A stretch of 64,000 nucleotides of DNA from a virus (IMGVR_UViG_3300031857_000007), one strand, 5' to 3'; positions 1-5,164 are shown, counted from the stretch's first letter. Numbers and translations are program-made. The notes: generated from the letters alone by a model not told the origin.

Positions 1-24
1 CTTGAATTTTACTGTGAGAGTCAT
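1..24 (-). CDS. 5' end of an ORF running off the window (MTLTVKFK...)
   Basis: ATG at 24 just downstream of the sigma70-like promoter at 47-75. Confidence 0.4.
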
Positions 25-46
25 TGTTTTGAATGTTGACCTTAGT

Positions 47-75
47 ATTATAAGGGTTTGACTTGGACAAGTCAA
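47..75 (-). promoter_or_regulatory. sigma70-type promoter TTGACT-N17-TATAAT
   Basis: Minus strand reads ttgact tgtccaagtcaaaccct tataat. Confidence 0.8.
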
Positions 76-100
76 GGTGGACAGTACTGATTCTGTCCTA

Positions 101-173
101 TGCTCCTTGCGTGGATCGAACACGCCTCAGGCGAATTATGAGTTCGCTGCATTCACCAGATTGCTAAAGGAGC
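101..173 (-). tRNA. trnI(CAU): tRNA with CAU anticodon, probably Ile2 (lysidine type); Met not excluded
   Basis: GCTCCTT/AAGGAGC acceptor, GCGAA-CTCATAA-TTCGC anticodon arm, GCGTG-TTCGATC-CACGC T arm; CTCATAA loop resembles Ile2 tRNAs. Confidence 0.8.
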
Positions 174-176
174 AAG

Positions 177-248
177 TAGGACTGGAGAGAATTGAACTCT
201 CTTCACACCGTTATAAGCAGTGGGCCTTAACCAATAGGCGACAGTCCC
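177..248 (-). tRNA. trnI(UAU): tRNA-Ile(UAU)
   Basis: GGGACTG/CAGTCCT acceptor, CACTG-CTTATAA-CGGTG anticodon arm, TTCAATT T loop. Confidence 0.85.
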
Positions 249-287
249 TTGAAACCAGATCTATAGTAGCGGATCTGGAACGATTCG

Positions 288-518
288 TCAAGACCCTTCT
301 TCATGGTCTGTGTGGAGACGTATCAGTTCATCATCCACAGTTGATTCTATTGCGTACTTTATGGTTTCGTTGTAAGGAACTATCACTGCACTATTGCTCC
401 CATCTCGGATAATAAATGATTCGCCATTTTCAACTCTATTCATTAGATTTTCAAAATCTAATTGAAATTCTTCGACTGTAAATGATTGAAGTTCGTTTAG
501 TTCTTGATACATTTTCAT
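288..518 (-). CDS. Phd/YefM-like (antitoxin-fold) small acidic protein
   Basis: FTVEEFQLDFENLMNRVENGESFIIRDGSNSAVIVP fits the Phd/YefM pattern; start trimmed because the longer ORF overlaps tRNA-Pro. Confidence 0.65.
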   Translation of the reverse strand: MKMYQELNELQSFTVEEFQLDFENLMNRVENGESFIIRDGSNSAVIVPYNETIKYAIESTVDDELIRLHTDHEEGS

Positions 519-535
519 AAAGTAATTTTTATGAG

Positions 536-609
536 TCGGAATGATAGGATTCGAACCTACGGCCACTCGCTCCCAAAGCGAGTGCTCTACCAAACTGAGC
601 TACATTCCG
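536..609 (-). tRNA. trnP(UGG): tRNA-Pro(UGG) copy 1
   Basis: CGGAATG/CATTCCG acceptor, CTCGC-TTTGGGA-GCGAG anticodon arm. Confidence 0.92.
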
Positions 610-726
610 TTATTTGTTTCTATGTATAAACATAATACCAGCAAAAGGAACGACTGTCAACCCCATTCCACATAGAAAAAGAAAAAATGGGTTTGAAGCA
701 AGTGATTCTACAACATGAAAAATCAT
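610..726 (-). CDS. 38-aa hydrophobic protein (MIFHVVESLASNPFFLFLCGMGLTVVPFAGIMFIHRNK)
   Basis: Translated by hand; ATGA overlap with upstream stop; one TM-like stretch. Confidence 0.55.
   Translation of the reverse strand: MIFHVVESLASNPFFLFLCGMGLTVVPFAGIMFIHRNK
632..660 (-). promoter_or_regulatory. sigma70-type promoter TTGACA-N17-TATTAT ahead of tRNA-Pro
   Basis: ttgaca gtcgttccttttgctgg tattat. Confidence 0.7.
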
Positions 727-923
727 CTTCCCCTCCAGTTCTTGTACTCATAATACAAGTATTGATCAACTTCGTCAAGTCCCGATAAAGGAGCATTCAC
801 TTCCCAATTAGACCACTCAATGCAAAATTGTCTAATGTCATGATTATGTATAATCCCATGCCCATACATTCGTACAAAAGCAGACATTGCAAAGTTATAC
901 CTTTGTTTATTGTGGATATGCAT
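723..923 (-). CDS. hypothetical protein
   Basis: 66-aa ORF in a tightly coupled run of ORFs. Confidence 0.6.
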   Translation of the reverse strand: MHIHNKQRYNFAMSAFVRMYGHGIIHNHDIRQFCIEWSNWEVNAPLSGLDEVDQYLYYEYKNWRGR

Positions 924-999
924 TATGAAGTCCCCAATTAATAAAAATTGTTATGAGACTAAAAATAAAAACTGCATTGAAAATTGCTGTAGTACTCAT
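907..999 (-). CDS. 30-aa hydrophobic protein (MSTTAIFNAVFIFSLITIFINWGLHNAYPQ)
   Basis: Hand translation; TAATG coupling to upstream stop. Confidence 0.5.
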   Translation of the reverse strand: MSTTAIFNAVFIFSLITIFINWGLHNAYPQ

Positions 1000-1121
1000 T
1001 ACATTCCCCCGTTTCTAAAACCTACAATGTAACCAATAATTAATCCACACATGAAAGCGACAAACAAATAAAGAATATGAGACACAAACTCAATAAATAT
1101 AATCCAATCTGTCGTCGTCAT
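999..1121 (-). CDS. 40-aa hydrophobic protein (MTTTDWIIFIEFVSHILYLFVAFMCGLIIGYIVGFRNGGM)
   Basis: Hand translation; fills gap; TM-like. Confidence 0.5.
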   Translation of the reverse strand: MTTTDWIIFIEFVSHILYLFVAFMCGLIIGYIVGFRNGGM

Positions 1122-1404
1122 CGTCGTCGTCCTCATAAGTAGATGGTTCCTCGAAGAGTTCATTCATTTTTTGTTGCAAAACTCTTTGCTGTAGTTCTTG
1201 AAAATCTTCGTCCGTAAACTTAATCACAAGTAAAGGATCTCCTACTTTAACGTTGTTTAATTCTGGGTGTTTTACTTTAGGACTTTTTGAGTATCCATAA
1301 TGAGCATTCATAATCATCCATCCCTGAACAACCATAGATAAAGCAATCACAACAAGAACAAACCACGGTACTAAAAATATTATTGGAGAGTAATGTTGAG
1401 CCAT
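1090..1404 (-). CDS. membrane-anchored hypothetical protein with acidic C-terminus
   Basis: N-terminal hydrophobic helix, poly-Asp tail. Confidence 0.65.
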   Translation of the reverse strand: MAQHYSPIIFLVPWFVLVVIALSMVVQGWMIMNAHYGYSKSPKVKHPELNNVKVGDPLLVIKFTDEDFQELQQRVLQQKMNELFEEPSTYEDDDDDDDRLDYIY

Positions 1405-1583
1405 GGAAATACTGGCGGAATTACTCCAATGAGTCGAAGAAGACCTTCAGCAAAAAGAGCAAGAACAACCCAACCAACACACATTGAAATAATCGAAGCA
1501 TTACGATTGTGTCTTCGTATGGCATCATCAATCATCTCCTGCACTTCAGTTCTTGTAATAAATTCCTCTTGTTCATGCATCAT
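1380..1583 (-). CDS. small membrane hypothetical protein
   Basis: 67 aa with C-terminal hydrophobic segment. Confidence 0.65.
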   Translation of the reverse strand: MMHEQEEFITRTEVQEMIDDAIRRHNRNASIISMCVGWVVLALFAEGLLRLIGVIPPVFPWLNITLQ

Positions 1584-1729
1584 TTCTCGTCTCCAAAAAA
1601 TTTGGCGAGAGGATCTCTTCTAGTTTTAACAATTTCAACTGCTCTTTTGTAGAACATATTATCGGTGTTACCAGAAGTTTCAAAGGTTTCTTTGATCTTC
1701 ACCCAATTATTATAGGTGTGCTGATCCAT
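1580..1729 (-). CDS. 49-aa hypothetical protein (MDQHTYNNWVKIKETFETSGNTDNMFYKRAVEIVKTRRDPLAKFFGDEK)
   Basis: Hand translation; ATGA overlap with next ORF. Confidence 0.6.
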   Translation of the reverse strand: MDQHTYNNWVKIKETFETSGNTDNMFYKRAVEIVKTRRDPLAKFFGDEK

Positions 1730-1841
1730 AGGTTTATCCCGTGATACTAATATATACTAATCACAGGAATTTCAACGTCAACGAATTGTGTTCAATACGT
1801 AACACTCATTAAGCAATTATTAAATTTGTAACTTATCTAAA

Positions 1842-1926
1842 CGGAAAGGGTGGGATTCGAACCCACGGAAGCTTTCACTTCGCCAGTTTTCAAGACTGGA
1901 GCCTTCAACCACTCGACCACCTTTCC
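1842..1926 (-). tRNA. trnS(UGA): tRNA-Ser(UGA)
   Basis: CCAGT-CTTGAAA-ACTGG anticodon arm, long variable arm, G73. Confidence 0.92.
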
Positions 1927-1938
1927 AATATTAAGTCC

Positions 1939-2190
1939 TTAACGGACTTCAAAATCAAGTCGTCTTACTTTACGTTGACGACGTGCTTCTTGCCAAGCAA
2001 TATCTTGAGAAGACAGCACATTCTTTTGTTGATTTTCTTTTAAAGAGTTTAACATAACAATTCTAGATAAGTCAAGTGCTGAAATCTTATCCCCACGAAT
2101 AGTTGCCATATTAGGACAACCGCAAGTCACTGTTTTTGATTGCTGTCCTGTCAATTCTCTATTACAATCTTTACATCTTATTGAAATCAT
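1939..2190 (-). CDS. small Cys-containing hypothetical protein (CxxC...CxC, possible Zn ribbon)
   Basis: RCKDC...TCGCPN motifs. Confidence 0.7.
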   Translation of the reverse strand: MISIRCKDCNRELTGQQSKTVTCGCPNMATIRGDKISALDLSRIVMLNSLKENQQKNVLSSQDIAWQEARRQRKVRRLDFEVR

Positions 2191-2205
2191 TGTTCTTCAT
2201 CCTTA

Positions 2206-2640
2206 TCACTGTAAATGTGATCTTAGCATCCATACAAACTTGCCATGAGATTCCATTAAGTCTTGAACCAGATTAGCAGTTGCATATTGCTTTTGTGTTT
2301 CTGATTCTTCAGAAATCTCTGCCATTAATTCACAAAACTTGGTGTTATTATCAAGAAGTTCTTGAAGCATTTCTTTCGCTCCAGTTGAACTTGCTGCTTC
2401 TTTAATCTGAGTTACCTCAAGCATTCTTGAAAGAGAACTCAATGGTTTTACATTTAAGTATCTCATATGTTCTGAGAGACGATCAATCTCTTCAAACATA
2501 GTTTCATACTGACCACCAAAGAGTTGATGAAGTTGAGTAAAGTCTTCTCCAACTACATTCCAGTGAAATGCCCAAGTTTTGTGAAACAAAACAAAAAGTG
2601 ATGACTGAGCATCACTTAAGAGTTTAAACAGTTTTTCCAT
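2206..2640 (-). CDS. dps: Dps / ferritin-like DNA protection protein
   Basis: HWNVVGEDFTQLHQLFGGQY...IDRLSEH ferroxidase-type motif; start trimmed to MEKLF because the longer ORF runs into tRNA-Val. Confidence 0.88.
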   Translation of the reverse strand: MEKLFKLLSDAQSSLFVLFHKTWAFHWNVVGEDFTQLHQLFGGQYETMFEEIDRLSEHMRYLNVKPLSSLSRMLEVTQIKEAASSTGAKEMLQELLDNNTKFCELMAEISEESETQKQYATANLVQDLMESHGKFVWMLRSHLQ

Positions 2641-2668
2641 TATACTCTTTTTGTATTTATTTATCAAG

Positions 2669-2740
2669 TGGGAAATATCGGATTCGAACCAATGACTTAC
2701 TGCTTGTAAGGCAGCCACTCTACCGCTGAGTTAATCTCCC
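2669..2740 (-). tRNA. trnV(UAC): tRNA-Val(UAC)
   Basis: CTGC-CTTACAA-GCAG anticodon arm, GGGAGAT/ATTTCCC acceptor. Confidence 0.9.
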
Positions 2741-2743
2741 GTG

Positions 2744-2815
2744 TCCTCTGTCTAGGAATCGAACCTAGTTTCCAAGTGCGTTGTCCGCCTGTCCTTACCA
2801 ATAGACTACCAGAGG
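2744..2815 (-). ncRNA. 72-nt tRNA-like element with intact D/T arms and a non-pairing anticodon arm
   Basis: CCTCTG/CAGAGG acceptor, GTCT-ATTGGTA-AGGAC D arm, CTAGG-TTCGATT-CCTAG T arm; anticodon region GGCGGACAACGCACTTG cannot form a canonical 5-bp stem with U33. Confidence 0.6.
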
Positions 2816-3125
2816 TTGTGGTAGGTGTTGAGGACTTTACCTATGTCCCCACTCTTGACATTCACCCAAGCACCAGCAATAAGCATAGACCTGAGGAGAG
2901 GTTTTGGCACCTACGGAACGGTGATGAGTGCCCATCACCAGCGGAAGACACTTTCCGCAATTTTCACTGCATTAGAGGGCAGTGAATAAGAGGTTTCCAG
3001 TAGCCGTTCTTATCTCCCATAAGGAAGATGTAGGTATCGAACCTACAAAGGACAGTCCCTAACGGAACTGCTGGGAATTCCACTCAGAACCAATATGAAA
3101 GAATCGGACATTTCCAATCCTTTCA
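2816..3125 (-). ncRNA. candidate ~300-nt structured RNA containing a permuted tRNA-like module
   Basis: At least six hairpins plus T arm GTAGG-TTCGATA-CCTAC stacked on ATCTTCC-TTAT-GGGAGAT; no credible ORF. Confidence 0.55.
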
Positions 3126-3126
3126 A

Positions 3127-3198
3127 CTCCCCCACCTCGATTCGAACGAGGAACCTTAGAGTTAACAGCTCTCTGCTCTGCCGTTGAGCTATAGGGGA
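3127..3198 (-). tRNA. trnN(GUU): tRNA-Asn(GUU)
   Basis: CTGTTAA loop, TCCCCTA/TGGGGGA acceptor, G73. Confidence 0.9.
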
Positions 3199-3218
3199 AT
3201 AAGAACCCGAAGGTTCAG

Positions 3219-3290
3219 AGCGGAGTATCGGAATCGAACCGACGACATCTAACTTGGAAGGATAGCGTTCTACCGCTGAACTAACTCCGC
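3219..3290 (-). tRNA. trnG(UCC): tRNA-Gly(UCC)
   Basis: CTTCCAA loop, GCGGAGT/ACTCCGC acceptor, U73. Confidence 0.92.
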
Positions 3291-3300
3291 TTATAAGACA

Positions 3301-3329
3301 ATCATAAACTATTTTAGTTTGATTGTCAA
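3301..3329 (-). promoter_or_regulatory. sigma70-type promoter TTGACA-N17-TATGAT inside an inverted repeat
   Basis: ttgaca atcaaactaaaatagtt tatgat. Confidence 0.7.
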
Positions 3330-3330
3330 G

Positions 3331-3412
3331 TGTCGATGAAAGGACTTGAACCTTCACAGATTAATCTACTGGAACCTAAACCCAGCGCGTCTACCAATTC
3401 CGCCACATCGAC
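3331..3412 (-). tRNA. trnL(UAG): tRNA-Leu(UAG)
   Basis: CTGGG-TTTAGGT-TCCAG anticodon arm, long variable arm. Confidence 0.9.
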
Positions 3413-3476
3413 TTGATGGAGTAAGCGTAATATACCTCATAAGGATATAACAGAGGCTTACCCTCTATCACTTTAT

Positions 3477-3505
3477 ATAGTAACAGACTCATAAGAATCT
3501 GTCAA
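3477..3505 (-). promoter_or_regulatory. sigma70-type promoter TTGACA-N17-TACTAT inside an inverted repeat
   Basis: ttgaca gattcttatgagtctgt tactat. Confidence 0.7.
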
Positions 3506-3506
3506 G

Positions 3507-3580
3507 CGTCCTTTGAGAGATTCGAACTCCCGACACATAGGTTCGTAGCCTACTGCTCTTTTCCACTGAGCTAAAAGGAC
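3507..3580 (-). tRNA. trnR(ACG): tRNA-Arg(ACG)
   Basis: GTAGG-CTACGAA-CCTAT anticodon arm. Confidence 0.9.
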
Positions 3581-3584
3581 AAGG

Positions 3585-3655
3585 CGAAGGATGAGGGATT
3601 TGAACCCCCACTAATGGTTTTGGAGACCATCGTGCTACCATTACACCAATCCAAC
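3585..3655 (-). tRNA. trnW(CCA): tRNA-Trp(CCA) with two U-U mismatches in the acceptor stem
   Basis: ATGGT-CTCCAAA-ACCAT anticodon arm; acceptor GTTGGAT/ATCCTTC. Confidence 0.75.
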
Positions 3656-3729
3656 TGGCTGAGAAACTAGGACTCGAACCTAGATAAACTCCTTCAAAGG
3701 GAGGTGTCCTACCATTAGACGATTTCTCA
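3656..3729 (-). tRNA. trnQ(UUG): tRNA-Gln(UUG), the only one with encoded CCA
   Basis: CTTTGAA loop, U1-A72 TGAGAAA/TTTCTCA acceptor, G73 CCA. Confidence 0.9.
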
Positions 3730-3801
3730 AGCCCAATGTCAGACTCGAACTGACGACCTACTCATTACTAGTGAGTTGCTCTACCACTGAGCTAATCGGG
3801 C
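3730..3801 (-). tRNA. trnT(AGU): tRNA-Thr(AGU), A34 anticodon
   Basis: ACTCA-CTAGTAA-TGAGT anticodon arm, GCCCGAT/ATTGGGC acceptor. Confidence 0.85.
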
Positions 3802-3803
3802 GG

Positions 3804-3874
3804 GGTGACGTATGGGAATTGAACCCATCTAGGTGGTTCCACAAACCACTGCCTTACCACTAGGCTAACGTCAC
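3804..3874 (-). tRNA. trnH(GUG): tRNA-His(GUG)
   Basis: GTGGT-TTGTGGA-ACCAC anticodon arm, C73; G-1 not encoded. Confidence 0.9.
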
Positions 3875-3875
3875 A

Positions 3876-3947
3876 AGGCAGTGGGTAGAATTGAACTACC
3901 GACATAGAGGGTATGAATCTCTTGTTCTACCACTGAACTACACTGCC
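3876..3947 (-). tRNA. trnM(CAU): tRNA-Met(CAU), elongator-like
   Basis: TTCATAC loop, paired G1-C72, no GGG/CCC initiator stem. Confidence 0.8.
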
Positions 3948-3951
3948 AAAG

Positions 3952-4033
3952 TGGACGCTGACCTGCTGGTTACTCTTTCTGAAGAGGGAGGCGTCAGTCT
4001 TTTATATCCTAGCAAGCACCTTGCTGGAGTCCA
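3952..4033 (-). ncRNA. candidate 82-nt three-way-junction RNA between tRNA-Ser(GGA) and tRNA-Met
   Basis: TGGAC/GTCCA closing stem, AGCAAG-GTG-CTTGCT hairpin, CTGAC/GTCAG stem with CTCTT-CAGA-AAGAG tip. Confidence 0.5.
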
Positions 4034-4034
4034 A

Positions 4035-4119
4035 CGGAGAGTAGAGGATTCGAACCTCTGGTGCTGTTACACACAAGACCTTTCCAAGATCTCACCATAA
4101 ACCACTCGGACAACTCTCC
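4035..4119 (-). tRNA. trnS(GGA): tRNA-Ser(GGA)
   Basis: TTGGAAA loop, long variable arm, G73. Confidence 0.9.
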
Positions 4120-4121
4120 AA

Positions 4122-4210
4122 CGGAAGTGGTTGGATTCGAACCAACGGATGCCTATAAAGACATCGGCGGTTTAGCAAACCGCTGCTTTAGACCTCTCAG
4201 CCACACTTCC
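4122..4210 (-). tRNA. trnS(GCU): tRNA-Ser(GCU)
   Basis: GCGGT-TTGCTAA-ACCGC anticodon arm, long variable arm. Confidence 0.92.
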
Positions 4211-4223
4211 ATATCGTAGGTTT

Positions 4224-4307
4224 ATTATTCAGAAGGATTTGAACCTTCATTGCCGTCTCCCAAAACGCAAGTGCTATGACGGAGTGTTACCGTTACACTA
4301 TGAACAA
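4224..4307 (-). ncRNA. tRNA-like element with a 20-nt anticodon loop and G3-U70
   Basis: TTGTTCA/TGAATAA acceptor, GTGT-AACGGT-AACAC D arm, CCGTC/GACGG anticodon stem around ATAGCACTTGCGTTTTGGGA, GAAGG-TTCAAAT-CCTTC T arm. Confidence 0.7.
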
Positions 4308-4309
4308 TA

Positions 4310-4521
4310 TCCTTACGTTGCTTACTCCTTAACTCTACTCATTGAATCTACTTGTTGGACCTAATCGTTGGAATACTCACTGCGTTCAACTTATTACCCT
4401 GCCTCGCCTTGAACGAGTCTGGTTTCTATAGCCTTTGCGTTTGTTAGTAATAAGCATACTGACAGGTTTCTTTTACCTTTCAGTTTTCCGTTCAACCCAA
4501 CTTTGGAATAAAGTTTGGGCA
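4310..4521 (-). ncRNA. candidate ~210-nt structured spacer RNA
   Basis: Several stems incl. CTTATTAC/GTAATAAG enclosing CTCG-TTCAAGG-CGAG; duplicated GTTGAACG. Confidence 0.4.
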
Positions 4522-4523
4522 AG

Positions 4524-4595
4524 TGGAACCGACAAGATTTGAACTTGTGACCGCTCGGTTATCAGCCGAGTGCTCTACCACTGAGCTACGATTCC
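4524..4595 (-). tRNA. trnI(GAU): tRNA-Ile(GAU)
   Basis: CTCGG-CTGATAA-CCGAG anticodon arm. Confidence 0.93.
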
Positions 4596-4599
4596 AGAG

Positions 4600-4673
4600 A
4601 GGGAACAATCGGATTTGAACCGATAACACCATGATCTTCAATCATGTGCTCTACCAATTGGAGCTATGTTCCC
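4600..4673 (-). tRNA. trnF(GAA): tRNA-Phe(GAA)
   Basis: CATGA-TTGAAGA-TCATG anticodon arm. Confidence 0.9.
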
Positions 4674-4677
4674 AAGG

Positions 4678-4751
4678 TCCAGATGGAGGGATTCGAACCC
4701 CCGACCCCCTGTTCCCAAAACAGGTGCGCTACCAAACTGCGCTACATCTGG
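4678..4751 (-). tRNA. trnP(UGG): tRNA-Pro(UGG) copy 2 (divergent from copy 1)
   Basis: CCTGT-TTTGGGA-ACAGG anticodon arm, CCAGATG/CATCTGG acceptor. Confidence 0.9.
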
Positions 4752-4754
4752 ATA

Positions 4755-4826
4755 TAGTCCTAACGGGATTTGAACCCGTGTCTTCACTGTGAAAGAGTGA
4801 TGTCCTCACCACTAGACGATAGGACC
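4755..4826 (-). tRNA. trnE(UUC): tRNA-Glu(UUC)
   Basis: TCACT-CTTTCAC-AGTGA anticodon arm. Confidence 0.92.
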
Positions 4827-4830
4827 AGAT

Positions 4831-5002
4831 GGGAGGGGTATCCCACACGAAGTTACTTACGGATTACGCTTCGTAGCCTTATGAATCCTGCCATCATCCG
4901 ATGGTGGTTAGAAATCCCTCCCCAATTCCAGTTATTACTACGACATTCTTCTGCAAACTGGCAACCTCTGAAGAATGCGTGGGAGTTAGAATACTGACTC
5001 CC
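4831..5002 (-). ncRNA. candidate ~170-nt RNA with two H-type pseudoknots between tRNA-Asp and tRNA-Glu
   Basis: CATTCTTC/GAAGAATG crossed by CCAGTT/AACTGG; GGATT/AATCC crossed by ACGAAG/CTTCGT inside GGGAGGG/CCCTCCC. Confidence 0.5.
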
Positions 5003-5004
5003 AA

Positions 5005-5078
5005 CGACCCATACGGGATTCGAACCCGTGATCTCCACCGTGACAGGGTGGCGTGATAAGCCGCTACACTAATGGGTC
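5005..5078 (-). tRNA. trnD(GUC): tRNA-Asp(GUC)
   Basis: CCACC-CTGTCAC-GGTGG anticodon arm. Confidence 0.92.
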
Positions 5079-5082
5079 AAGG

Positions 5083-5164
5083 TGGGAGGAGCAGGATTCG
5101 AACCTGCGAAGGCAGAGCCGTCTGATTTACAGTCAGATTCCTTTAACCACTCGGAAATCCTCCC
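5083..5164 (-). tRNA. trnY(GUA): tRNA-Tyr(GUA)
   Basis: TCTGA-CTGTAAA-TCAGA anticodon arm, long variable arm. Confidence 0.93.

Noticed and set aside
1108-1135. GTC/GAC trinucleotide run
   Set aside because: Simply encodes a poly-Asp tail (and Thr run in the overlapping ORF)
2816-3125. Calling the element tmRNA or RNase P RNA
   Set aside because: No A73/CCA and no tag frame ending in Ala-Ala; RNase P-like words (AGAACGGCTA, GTGCCAAAA, GGTAAAGTCC) are degenerate and in the wrong order
3952-4033. Hammerhead ribozyme
   Set aside because: CTGACGC is not CUGANGA and no stem II precedes the GAAA
4400-4490. c-di-GMP-I riboswitch (ACGCAAAG-GCTATAG resemblance)
   Set aside because: P1/P2 architecture and GNRA/receptor not found; no downstream gene to regulate
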